Positions 25,084 through 37,586 are shown, counted from the first letter of the stretch. The stretch: DNA of 64,000 nucleotides from Octopus sinensis (GCF_006345805.1 NC_043003.1:94612001-94676000); one strand, 5' to 3'. A program made the numbers and translations. Notes: generated from the letters alone by a model not told the origin.

Positions 25084-25812
25084 CATATATATACATACAT
25101 ATTTATATATATATACATGTCTCCCTCTTTCCTTCACTCTTTCTATATATACACATATGCATATATATTTATACTTGTGTATGTAAATATTGCCCCTGCA
25201 TGACTGCAGCTTTAAAGCAAAAAAAGTTTTAAAAGTTGTGTGTGTGTGTGTGTGTAGCATATATAATATATATTCATATACGTATGGTAAATGAGAAATG
25301 GAAGATGGAAGATACAAACATTTTTATTTATCATTACAATATATATACACGAGAGCATAGGCTTGAAACATTAAAGACTTCTTACATTTTACATTACATA
25401 TATGTATATATATATATATAAATGTGTGTGTCTGAGTGTGCATATGTATTGTAAAATATTACCATATTACATTATAGTATAGTATGTGCAGATAACTACT
25501 GTTCCATAGGTTACAGGTTTTATGGCAAAAAGGCAATCCATGGATGAATTTTTAGTGAAGAATGTGTTATCTAATATCTTAATGTTATGAAACAGTTATC
25601 ATCTGTAACTATTATGTTATAATAAAAATATTTACTGCGTATAAAGTATTATCTATTTTGTTCATGGAACCACATGTAAACTATTACAATATAATTTTGC
25701 ATACACATTTATGCAAATGTGTGTGTGTGTGTTTGTGTGTACATATATATGCATCTATCTATCTATCCACCCATCCATCCATCCATCTATCTATATATCT
25801 ATATCTATCTAA

Positions 25813-25849
<37 letters not shown>

Positions 25850-25856
<7 letters not shown>

Positions 25857-26246
25857 TATATAATATATATATATTATATAAAATCTGTTCTGTCTGTCTG
25901 TCTGTGTGTCTTCTAGGATCTCAGGCATCCTCCATCCGATTGCACTCAAATTTGATGTGTAGATAGCGACGGTATCAGGGCGTGTATAAGCCTTACAAAA
26001 TTTACAAAAATCGATTCCAGGTGAGAATGTGATCGATAAAGCCATGGGAACATGCATTTGTAAAATCATTTTTCTTGGAATAGAAAAAAAGAATACTTCT
26101 TCTTTATCTGGTGTCTCAAATTTAGGTTAAATCAGTGTTTCTCAAAGGGGAGGCCTATGGGATGGTTGGACAAATTGTTTTGAGAAAATTTGGTTTAAAT
26201 GTTTGACAATTCAGCACCGTCCATTGGATGGGGGAGCGCTTTGCTC

Positions 26247-26281
<35 letters not shown>

Positions 26282-26675
26282 ATATATATATAATATATAT
26301 ATATTATATAAAATCTGTTCTGTCTGTCTGTCTGTGTGTCTTCTAGGATCTCAGGCATCCTCCATCCGATTGCACTCAAATTGATGTGTAGATAGCGACG
26401 GTATCAGGGCGTGTATAAGCCTTACAAAATTTACAAAAATCGATTCCAGGTGAGAATGTGATCGATAAAGCCATGGGAACATGCATTTGTAAAATCATTT
26501 TTCTTGGAATAGAAAAAAAGAATATTTCTTTTTTTGCTGGTGTCTCAAATTTAGGTTAAATCAGTGTTTCTCAAAGGGGAGGCCTATGGGATGGTTGGAC
26601 AAATTGTTTTGAGAAAATTTGGTTTAAATATTTGACAATTCAGCACCGTCCAGTGGATGGGGGAGCACTTTGCTC
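25850..26675. repeat. Near-identical tandem duplication, period ~430 bp; unit starts with a Helitron-like TATATAAAA..(GTCT)n motif
   Basis: aaatctgttc at 25881 and 26311; the units end gctttgctc/actttgctc at ~26246 and ~26675. Confidence 0.92.
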
Positions 26676-26683
26676 GTATATAT

Positions 26684-26726
<43 letters not shown>

Positions 26727-27046
26727 ACAAGGTAAACTTGCAAGGTATATATAATAACAATAATAATTCTTGGATGGAATCTATATATTAATGCATCAGC
26801 ACATGTTTTTCCACAAATCACATGTTTCTTATGATCATAGTCCATATTCCTGGGATGAATACAGTGCAGTCTGCAGTATCCTTGGACACTGGGTAGATCA
26901 TGTTCATGTATTCGTTTCTTTGGATCATCAGCTGGCATCATTAGACTGTAGCTGGCATAATAAAATAGGAACTTTTAAATGCATGTTCAAAATGTTTCCC
27001 ATAAATGAAATTAAAGGTTATACATACATATATATATATATATATA

Positions 27047-27289
27047 TACTCTTTTACTCTTTTACTCATTTCAGTCATTTGACTGTGGCCATGCTGGAGC
27101 ACCGCCTTTTAGTCGAGCAAATCTAACCCATGCCTTATTCTTTGGAAGCCTAGTACTTATTCTATCAGTCTCTTTTGCCGAACCACTAAGTTACAGGGAC
27201 ATAAACACACCACCATCGGTTGTCAAGCGATGTTGGTGGGTCAAACAGACACACAAACATAGACACACACACTCACACACGCACACTCA

Positions 27290-27347
<58 letters not shown>

Positions 27348-27522
27348 CACACATATATACAACAGGCTTCTTTCAGTTTCCGTCAACCAAATCCACTCAC
27401 AAGGCTTTGGTTGGCCCAAGGCTATAGTAGAAAACACTTTCCCAAGGTGCCATGCAGTGGGAATGAACTCAGAACCATGTGGTTGGTAAGCAAGCTACTT
27501 ACCACACAGCCACTCCTGCACC
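27047..27522 (-). mobile_element. Full-length SINE family A
   Basis: Reverse complement of the consensus from tail to head. Confidence 0.9.
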
Positions 27523-27972
27523 ATATATATATATCGTCTCATCATCATCATTCAAAGTCCGTTTTTCATGCTGGCATTGGTTGGACAGTTTGACTTAAAA
27601 CTGGGGAGCAGCACCAGGCTTCAATCTGATTTGGCATTGTTTCTTCAGCTAGATTCCTTTCCTAATGCCAACCACTCCAAGAGTGTAGTGGGTGCTATGC
27701 ATATATATATAGAGTAAGAGAGAAAGAGATATGTAAATGTATAAATGTGTTTGTATGTGCATCATTGTTTATTGACCTTCAGTGTGGCAATCTGTGTTTT
27801 CATTTGATAACTTAGCAGATGAGCTAGAAAAGTCAATGTAATTTTTGTCTGACTCTTGCAAACATGGAAAAGTTAGCATTACAATGATGATGATGATGAT
27901 GATGATGGTAACAATGATGATAATATATATATATATATAAGAGAACAAAGTGTACGTATGCTGCTATATATA

Positions 27973-28358
27973 TAAGGGTTAGCCATATTCAAATGGCAAA
28001 TATGTGTCACGATGTGTTACCGCTACTGTTTATAATTCGCTCTGAGATTTATCATTGTTTGATTTCACTTTTTCAATATCAGTGTCAATCGACACTGGAA
28101 AAAGTATATGTATTTGTGAAGGGAGCTGACTTCTCATTGACAACCATGATTGTCACATGCTGAAGAAAGGTAAACACCTTGAAACTCAGGTCCGTGTGTA
28201 TCATGAGTTGAAGACGGGGAGGATGACTCCCCTTCACAAATACTGAGAGGACACAGATAGTGTGTCTATAGCCAGCTGGAGGAGATATCTTCCTGGGGCT
28301 ACAAACTACAGTAGCATCCACCCTTAAGGGTTAGCCATATTCAAATGGCAAATATGCG

Positions 28359-28362
<4 letters not shown>
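27973..28362 (+). mobile_element. Retrozyme-like non-autonomous element: 352-nt unit plus 38-nt terminal direct repeat, inserted in (TA)n
   Basis: taagggttagccatattcaaatggcaaatatg(t/c)gtcac at 27973 and 28325; internal hammerhead and extensive self-complementarity. Confidence 0.75.
28154..28198 (+). ncRNA. Intact type I hammerhead ribozyme
   Basis: CACATG-CTGAAGA-AAGGTaaacACCTT-GAAA-CtcagG-TC/CGTGTG. Stem I is 6 bp (one G-U), stem II 5 bp perfect, all core nucleotides canonical; predicted cleavage after C28192. Confidence 0.88.
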
Positions 28363-28395
<33 letters not shown>

Positions 28396-28510
28396 AAATA
28401 CAAAATGGGACAAGAACACAAAACGGGACAACAAAACATCCATATAGACAATACCAAAAAAACACGGACGGGTCATTCAAAGCCTTTTATAAGTGTATGC
28501 ATATGTGTGT

Positions 28511-28558
<48 letters not shown>

Positions 28559-28980
28559 ACAAGCATAAATAGATAACGTAAAAGATATATGTAGGTGCTG
28601 CCTAAATTCCTATGATTACATAGAGGGTAAATTACATTGATAAACTTGATAGAAGATATGCATAAGTAATACATAGGCATATGGACTGATATCTTTATAC
28701 ATATGACTATATGCATACATATGCAATTCAAACAAGACAAGCTAGGATACTTCATTCTCTCTACACAAGTATTTATTCCACAAAAGATTTATTACCTCCA
28801 GGAAATGCCATAAAGCTTGCTTTACAGTAATATATCATGATAGAAGTTTACATGTCTTTGAAGACAGCTTTAAAAGAAATATTTTCCGTCATAATACCAG
28901 TGTATTTTATTTATCTTTACAAAACACCTCATGATGAGACCAATTATACCTACTGAAATGTATGCATGTATGTATGTATG

Positions 28981-29440
28981 TGCAATCTCGAGTTGCACAT
29001 GTGAAAATAGGGAAAGATGTCAGGAAGGGCATCGCTGTAACACTTCCAGAAGGGAAGGGTCTTCCTTTGATGTTGACATGCAATGTCTGTGCAAGAACCT
29101 GCCTCAGTAAAGCTGGACTCAAGAGTCATCTTCGTAGTCATAAAACGAGACAGATGAGTGACAACCTGGCCACTGGTCGTGGTGTAACACACCATACTAA
29201 TCCTATCTGTCAGGCATGTGGAAGAGAGTGTCATTCGGCAGGAGGACTTAAACGACATGCAAAGGTACATGAAGCCCAGTTACAACTACAGCCGGCTGTT
29301 ACCGGTAAAGGTTTTAGTTGCCAATTCTGTACAAGACATTGTAGACCTTTAGCTGGGCTAAAAAGTCACATTCGATCACAGCACCAGTAACAGTTAAGCT
29401 TCGTGCAATGGCCATACTCGATAACGAGGGGGCAGCCATA
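28981..29440 (+). mobile_element. 5'-truncated non-LTR retrotransposon 3' end (RTE-like) encoding three C2H2 zinc fingers, (ATGT)n tail
   Basis: Open frame to the stop at 29390 with CNVC-x12-HLRSH, CQAC-x12-HAKVH and CQFC-x12-HIRSQH. No TGEKP linkers; short 3' UTR ATGGCCATACTCGATAACGAGGGGGCAGCCAT then (ATGT)n. Confidence 0.75.
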
Positions 29441-29586
29441 ATGTATGTATGTTTGTATGTATGTATGCATGTATGTGTGGTGTGTGTATGGGTGTGCGTG
29501 TGTGTGTGTGTGTGTGTGCATGCATATATGTAATTATGTATGTATGTATGTATGTATGCCTGCATGCATGTATGTATGTATGTATG

Positions 29587-29617
<31 letters not shown>

Positions 29618-29855
29618 AGATGTATGTATGTATGTATGTATGTATGTATGTATGTATGTATGCCTGCATGCATGTATGTATGTATGTATGTATATATGTA
29701 TGTATGTATGCCTGCATGCATGTATGTATGTATGTATGTATATATGCATGTATGTAAGTATGTATGTATGTATGTATGCTTGCATGCATGCATGTATGTA
29801 TGAATGTATGTATATATGTATGTATGTATGCATGTATATATGTATGTATGTATGC
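29441..29855. repeat. Long (ATGT)n/(GCAT) tetranucleotide tract
   Basis: Direct reading. Confidence 0.95.
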
Positions 29856-30512
29856 ATCCTCTTTCTCTTTTTAATTTAGAATAAATTTTGACCAACCACC
29901 TACTGGTGGCAAGGTTGTGAAGGAAAGCAATTTTTGTTCATTGTCCGTTAAATCTTAAGGTCTTGCAGACTGTTAACGTTCAAGATATATGACCAATTGT
30001 AACATATGAATTAGGGATTTGCATTCTGTCCCCAAGAACCTAAGCTGAGCCATACTTTACTCCAAATGGGTTGGTATGTATCCTGTAGCTCAAATAATAA
30101 TAGATATGAAGCTGAAAGTGTATCTTGGGTACTGGATTGGCAAACTATGATTCATAGATGTTCTGTTTCTTGTATTTTTCTAACTACATTGGCGTCTAGT
30201 GGGCAGTTGATTTCCACAGCAGAATATATCTTTTCCTTGTGGTCACACACAATATTGGGCCAGTTGTGCTTTAACTTGGTGTTGGCTTTAATTTTTATGT
30301 CCCATTAACATTCTTTTGACCCAGTGGTCTCAATATTGTCAACTTCATCTGTAGGTTTTCGTTTTTTGTTATTCTATGCATATATATATGTGTGTATGTA
30401 TGTACGTATGTATGTATGTATGTATGTATATATGTATGTAGAGAGGTAGGTAGGTAGGTAGGTAGGTATGTATGTAGGTAGGTATGTAGGTAGGTAGGTA
30501 GGTAGGTAGATA

Positions 30513-30712
30513 GGCGAAATGCTGAGCGGTATTTCATCTGGCGTTATGTTATGAGTTCAAATTCCGCCGAGGTCGACTTTGCCTTTCATCCTTTCGGGGT
30601 CAATTAGATAGTACCAGTTATGCACTGGGGTCGATATAATCGACTTAATCCTTTTGTCTGTCCTTGTTTGTCCCCTCTGTGTATAGCTCCTTGTGGGCAG
30701 TAAAGAGATAGG
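30513..30712 (+). mobile_element. SINE family E (conserved central domain GCCTTTCATCCTTTCGGGGTC..AGTACCAG, Meta-domain-like)
   Basis: GGCGAAATGCTGAGCGG...GAGTTCAAATTCCGCCGAGGTCGACTTTGCCTTTCATCC; the domain name is from memory. Confidence 0.85.
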
Positions 30713-31106
30713 TATGTAGGTAGGCAGGTGGTAGGTAGGTAGGTAGGTAGGTATGTATGGTGGTGGGTACATACATACATAGGTAGGTAAGTATGCATGC
30801 ATATATGTATGCATGCATACATGTGTGTATTTATATATGTTTGTGTGCATATATATGCATGTATGAATGTATGTGTGTATGTATGGACGGATATGCATGT
30901 AGGTATGTATATGTGTATTCATGAATCTACATATGTAACAACACACACACATACACTGATGCACACAGATACAAGCACACATGCATACATATATAAGCCT
31001 GTATACATGCACACACACACACACACACACACACACCACACACACACACACATATGTACATACATGCATATACACACACACACACACATATACATACACA
31101 TATATA

Positions 31107-31187
31107 CAGTAATCCCTTGACTATCACAGGTATTATGTTCCAAAATCCCCTGCAATAGGTGAACCATGATATGGTGAGGTATTACTG
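31107..31187. mobile_element. 81-bp Tigger/pogo-like MITE with TA target duplication
   Basis: TA-CAGTAATCCCTTG...GAGGTATTACTG-TA. Confidence 0.65.
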
Positions 31188-31907
31188 TATGCATATACAT
31201 ACATATTGTTACCCAAGACCTCTTGTTACCTCTATCTACTCACCTTCCCTTACACTTCTCGGATGCCCTATAGTATACCCTATAGCATCTCCACCCACTG
31301 TTTAACTACCTTCTCTTTCTCTCTTTTTCCTCTTTATTGCCCACCCCACCCCATGTCCAGTGCTTTAAAATATTCAAATTTTACCCTCCTCCTTTCTTCT
31401 TCCATGCTACTCTCCAGCATCTCCTTCTCACATTCCTCCCTCTGCTTCTTTATCTCTTTCTACCTCTCCTCAACAACACAACACTCCATCTCATCCTTCC
31501 ACTTCTGACCTGCCTACAAACACACACCTTTCTTTCCTTCAATAACTCTCTTCTCAAGATTCCTCTCCATCCTAACCTGTTGCCCCCTTTCTGTATCCTT
31601 CCTCACTCCTTCTGTCCCTCATATCTTCTTGCTTCTACTGTATGTAGTTTTGGTAAGCTGGCAGGATCATTTGCATTCTGTGTTCAAATTCCACTGGGAT
31701 TAACTTTGTCTTTCATCCTCACAGGGTCAATAAAATAAGTACCAGTTGAGCACTGGGGTTGGTGTGATTGTCTAGCACCCTGCCCACAAATTTCAGTTGA
31801 ATGAATTATTATCATAAAGGCCATAAACTGGGAGAATTATTGGAATGCCAAAGCAAAATGCTTAGCAGAATTTTATCAGTCTTTACATTCTGTGTTCACA
31901 ATTGTCT

Positions 31908-32196
31908 TTCGGAGATGTACCTGCATAGCAAGTGATTTGATCTGAGATCGTGTGCTGAAACGAAAACAAGTGCAGCATGGAAGGTGTTTGTAAGCCATTT
32001 AAGAAACACTCAAAAGCCGTTCAATTCACTTCAACATTTAAGTTTAATTTGTCAAAATATTTTCGTCGCTTTAAGACCACGACCTGTTGACTGACAAAAA
32101 TCCGTGCTGCATTTGAGCTCAGATGCAGCACAGATTTTTGTCAGTGAACAGGTCGCGGTCTTAAAGCGACGAAAATATTTTGACAAATTAAACTTT
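31908..32196 (-). mobile_element. Palindromic repeat, copy 2, inserted in a family E SINE and flanked by an 8-bp direct repeat
   Basis: Same left end as 22114; symmetric centre ...gctgcatttGAGCTCagatgcagc...; AATTGTCT at 31900-31907 and 32197-32204. Confidence 0.85.
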
Positions 32197-33643
32197 AATT
32201 GTCTGACATTCTTTCAGAATCAATAAAATAAGTTACAGTTGAGCACTGGTGTTGACGTAATTGACTGGGTCCCTCCACCTAAATTTCAGGCCTTGTGCCT
32301 ATAGCAGAAAGAATTAAAATACTGGAGAGCCCTGAATTATCCTTTTCACAACCCAACCTATTACCTTTTCAACTCTATCCCTACCCTTTTCTCACAACCC
32401 AACTACTAATCCTTTCCCTATTTCCTGTTCCTTACCATACTCCTCCAGCCTCCCCTCTTACTTACCATCCTTCATCTCTCACTCAAGGAATATCATCCAC
32501 ACTCTTCTTTATTTCCTTTCATTTACAAGGGCCACTTTAGGGTCCTTATGCACCCGGTATGCTTTGTAAAGTGGTTGGTGTTAGGAAGAGCATCCAGCTG
32601 TACAAGACATACCAAAATAGACATTAGTGCATGAATGAGGCCTCCAGCTCTTAAGAACCATCCAGCCTATATCAGTATGAAAGCCAGACATTAAGTAAGA
32701 ATAAGGATGGTGAGGAAGAAGAGGACAATGAGGAAATGAATGTGGGAGGGAGGAGGCAGAGGAGGAGCAGCGGATATATATATACATACACACATACACA
32801 CACACAAACACGTATTCACATAAATGCATACATACACTCAATTTATGTGTATATATATGTGTGTGTGTGCATGATTATGTTTATGCGTGCACCTATCTTT
32901 ATATCCCACTATATGTGTGGGTGTGTGCATGTTTGTAATTATGTGTGTGACTGTGTATGTTTGTGTGTGTCTGTGTGCACATGTGTGTGCATGTGGTGTG
33001 TGTGCGTGGTGTGTGTGCATGTGTGTGTGTTCGTGCATGTGTGTGCGTGTGTGTGTGCATGTGTGTGTGTTCATGCATGTGTGTGTGTGTGTGTTGGGAG
33101 CACATGTCATCACATAGGAAGCATCGGCGGAGCAGTTTGCAGTTTTGAATTCCAGTCATCCCATTAATGTTGCCTAGTGAAGAATGTGTTCTGCTACACT
33201 AACTTACTCTAGATACATGAAAAATATTGGTTTTTTTCTTTTTGTGTCCAGTCTTGATGATGTTGCAGGATTTTATGTCCTTTACTTTTGGTCACTTTTT
33301 TCTCTTTTCTCTTTGATTTTGTTTTAGAATCAATACATTTTTGTCCATAGAAATTGTCTTGCTATGTCAATTCTGAGATCATACACTTATTTATTAATTA
33401 TACTTTTTTTTTATCAAAAGGCCCGTTTTTATATATGTTTCTAGCTATTTACTATTGTATATGCCAACAAAAACACTGCTCTTTGAGCAGTTTGAAATGT
33501 GTTCAATATGTATATGTATGGCTGCAGCTGCAGGTCTAAGATTAGGCTTCACTGTAATTTCAGAAGCTGTTCTTTATCCTCTCCTACAAGTTCCTTGTAT
33601 TGTCCATCTGCAATACTAATGGAAGCCACCTTTATGTAAATGC

Positions 33644-33852
<209 letters not shown>

Positions 33853-34157
33853 AAATGATTGCGTGAGCTTTAACAATGAAACCTGGTTTGTGATTAATCT
33901 ATATTTTGTATCTTTCCATTTGTCTTGCTTGCTTACGTTCTGGTGTTTGCTATATTTTTTCTTGAGAACAATCCTTTCTTAGTGGTAAGACCATAGCAGA
34001 TCCACTTCTAGCATAATGGATGTCCACTTATATGTATGTAATATAATCTTTTCAGTAACTTCAGATTTTTCAATATGCTAGAGCACTGATTTTAAATTGA
34101 TATTAATCAAATTAATATTCAATTTTTTCACCCTTATTATTTTATATATATATATAT

Positions 34158-34458
34158 CATCATGACTGACCAGGCTATCAGATGTTGCTACACATCGCTG
34201 GTTACAATGCGTTTCACATTGTTTTAGCCTTCAAATGATGCCACACCGCTGGCTAAGTGAGCAGACCAACCGAAGAAAGAGTGAGAGAAAGTTGTGGTAA
34301 AAGAGTACAGCAGGGATCGCCACCACCCCCTGCCAGAGCCTCGTGGAGCTTTTTAGGTGTTTTCGCTCAATAAACCCTCACAACGCCCGATCTGGGAGTC
34401 GAAACTGCAATCCTACAACTGCGAGTCTGCTGCCCTAACCACTGGGCCATTGCGCCTC

Positions 34459-34460
<2 letters not shown>
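34158..34460 (-). mobile_element. SINE family D (tRNA-Arg-like head), tail type 1
   Basis: Reverse complement of the 18286 head and body, continuing into a ...TGTGTAGCAACATCTGATAGCCTGGTCAGTC(ATG)n tail. Confidence 0.88.
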
Positions 34461-34499
<39 letters not shown>

Positions 34500-35690
34500 G
34501 GTTGTGATGCATTTACCTGTGTACCCTTATCAAACACGTGGTCATGATGGATATACTGGGCTTTGTATATTTTACCCCAGTGTCACTTTGATGGCATGCA
34601 CTGCTGTCTCACTTAATGATGATAATAATAATATATAATGGTATGGCACTATTGTAGAAGACATTTATTCAAGGTGTTACACAGTGCAAAGCTATTTGGT
34701 TGAGAAGTAAACTTCTTAACCACACAGCCATGCCAATATGTTGAATACAAAACAGACTGCTAACCCAAAGTTGTTCAATTTCTTAAGTTATCTATTAAAT
34801 CAACTATTGACTATTTTGAATGCAAGCTTGTCCATATAAAATAAAATAATTGCAATTTGAACAATGCAACAAATTCTCACTCAAGTTAGCTCTCAGAATT
34901 ATCATCCAAATCACATTTCCCCAAATAAATACCTTTAGCATTCTGACCATTCTTGAAATATAAAATAATTTTCATGAGTCTGCTAAAAAATGCCATTAGA
35001 TTTATTGTGTGACCTACATATTGATCAAGAACCATAATTTTTCAAAATGATTCTTTAGAAAAGAAATTGTTTGGAAATGATGGACTTTCTCATTCGTCAC
35101 AAATGACTTTGTTTTCTCTCTGAAGCACGATGAATATAGAAACATTAATGGCCATAAAAATTATAGCATCCAAATTTATTGGTGAATAAATCAGTGATAA
35201 TAAATGCGTATTAATGTTGCAAGAAAAATATGTCCCATGGTTTAGTATTTCTTTATTTATTTATAGATTTGCCTTATTTCTCAAATGCATCTGACTTGCA
35301 TTATTAAGATATCAGGATCACATGAATAAAAACCTGAACAAGACAGACTTATTGATTGCTAACATGATACAAATACATTAATTCAACAATTTGGTTTTTG
35401 AAATTACATAAAAACACCATTCTAACAAAAATCTTCAGTGCTTTCCCCCCTCCTCCCAACCTTTTTTTGTAAGAATAAATAAATCCATATCATATCAACT
35501 GTCCTTGCGAAATTCTTTAAGAATCATTAAAAAATTAACACATATATTTTTCATATCATATTATTAAAGTGACATGTAAAAAGCATTTTAATCAATTACT
35601 ATTTAATGTTAATATTAATGTGTATGTGCATATATATCTACATATATATGTGTGTGTGTATACATACATATATACATACATATATATATA

Positions 35691-35920
35691 TAAATTAGAA
35701 AAACCACCTTTTATCAATTCAAAATGAACAATTAAATTACACCATCTAGAAAATTACATAAATAGAAATATTAAAAATAAAATAACAATAATATACCAAT
35801 GATTAAGTAAACTGTAAAATGATAATAAAAACATATATTATTTGGTATTATGTAATTTTCTACATGTTGTAATTTAATTGTTCATTTTTAATCGATAAAA
35901 GGTGTTTTTTTCTAATTTTA
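35691..35920. repeat. AT-rich inverted repeat, ~70-bp imperfect arms
   Basis: taaattagaaaaaccacctttt...gaaaattacataa vs ttatgtaattttc...aaaaggtgttttttctaatttta. Confidence 0.75.
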
Positions 35921-36015
35921 TATATATATTATATTTTGTGAAATTTGATTTAGTATTTCTAAATTGAATTTTTCCCTGTAAGTTAGGAATAATATTCCTT
36001 CAAATAATTATTATA

Positions 36016-36056
<41 letters not shown>

Positions 36057-36775
36057 GGACATTTGAATGTAATGGCTACAGTGTAAATAAGAAGAAAAAC
36101 ATAGAAAAAAAAGAGTAATCACTGCTTGTACATGAAACTCTAGAAATTTTTGTAGCAGACTTCCAGAAGTATTTTTTAAAGAGTAACCTAAATTTTGGGG
36201 GTAACTAAAATACTGATGAGATCTAAAAAAAAAAAGCTCTATAAAATGTTTATAGAAGTTTAGCATCTAATGCATCACTAGTAGTTGCAAAACAATTTGA
36301 TGTTAATACTGACAAGTTTATTAGACCAGAAGTCAAGAATTCCTAGCCAGACTTAAAACTGATAATGGAGCAGTATCCTTGATCTTCATGCCTATCACAC
36401 TCAAGGATCATGAAGATGATTTCACTCTCTACATTGAGAGTAGGTTAATCAACTCTGAAAAAACAGATTTAGATGTAGTTAGTAAGAAAATCTTTGGTCC
36501 CATTATTTCTAAATTTTGAAAGTACTTCAACTCCAGTTATAGAATAACTTGTTGATCATATAATGACTGTGACTAAACCTCACCTGTTTCCAAGCAAAGT
36601 AATATTTCCCTTTGGCCAGACATGATTTTGTTGAAAATTGGAAATTTAAGATACCACTTGTAGGATAGTGACACTTGTTTACAATCATCAAATGATTTCA
36701 AGAAGGAGACACAAGAATACACACATAGATACATACACACACATAAATATATATATGAGTGTATATTATCATCCT

Positions 36776-37150
36776 CATCATCATTTAACGTCCATTTTCC
36801 ATGCTGGCATGGGTTGGAAAATGTGACCAGAGCTGGCAAGCTGGGGGTCTGCACCAGACTCCAGTCTGATTTGGCATGGTTTCTACAGCTGGATGCCCTT
36901 CCTAATGCCAACTACTGTACAAAGTGTGCTAAATGCTTTTATGTAGTACCACAAGGGTGATTTTATATGCCACTGCATGAGCGCTTTTACATGACGTTGC
37001 ATGAGGACTTTTACACGTTGCTGCATGGGTGTTTTATGTGACACCACATGGATGCTTTTACATGGCACCACCATGAGTGCTTTACACAACCAGAAGGATT
37101 GGTCTTAATGCTTCTGCTGCAGGGTACGGGTCTTCTTGATTACAACCAGG
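36776..37150 (-). mobile_element. RTE 3' end (family B) with internal ~23-bp minisatellite and ORF2 C-terminal remnant
   Basis: (CAT)n TTTAACGTCCATTTTCCATGCTGG...; about eight degenerate tgctttt(t)acatgXcaccXcatgXg units; minus-strand DDTWCLVVIKKTR. Confidence 0.75.
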
Positions 37151-37190
37151 CACCAGGTATCATCTCACCTGAAAGATTCAGCTTCCTTAT

Positions 37191-37234
<44 letters not shown>

Positions 37235-37237
37235 TAT

Positions 37238-37412
37238 ATCCGCTCAGTCGAAGTCGCGACTCTCAGTTACTCCATGGATCAGTGTCCTCCAGTCAGTTCT
37301 ATCCTGGGCCGCTTATTTCAGATTGGCTATGTCCATTCCGGTATCACTCTTGATGGTGTCAAGCCAGCGGGTTCTTGGTCGGCCTCTTCCTCTCTTGCCA
37401 CTGACCATTCCT
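37238..37412 (-). pseudogene. RTE-BovB-like ORF2 C-terminal fragment
   Basis: Minus: GMVSGKRGRGRPRTRWLDTIKSDTGMDIANLK*AAQDRTDWRTLIHGVTESR, matching BovB-type 'G..EGRR.RGR..RWLD.I...L...A.DR..WR..VHGV..SR'. Confidence 0.85.
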
Positions 37413-37554
37413 TATATATATATATATATATATATACTATCATCATCATCACCATTTAACATCCATTTTCCATGCTGGCATGGGTCAGACAGTTGACTGA
37501 AAACTGGTAAGCTAAGGAGCTGCACCTAATTTCAATCTGATTTGGCAATATATA

Positions 37555-37586
<32 letters not shown>

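Noticed and set aside
28962-29390. Host C2H2 zinc-finger gene
   Set aside because: No TGEKP linkers, Met lies in a microsatellite, and it is followed by a LINE-like 3' UTR and repeat tail; treated as a retroelement end.
36375-36417. Apparent pseudoknot (ATCCTTGA/TCAAGGAT crossing TCTTCATG/CATGAAGA)
   Set aside because: Loops 1 and 3 would be zero nucleotides, which is sterically implausible; at best alternative hairpins.
36930-37085. Spaced ~23-bp repeats resembling an array (also ~5010-5150)
   Set aside because: Degenerate minisatellite internal to the RTE 3' UTR family.
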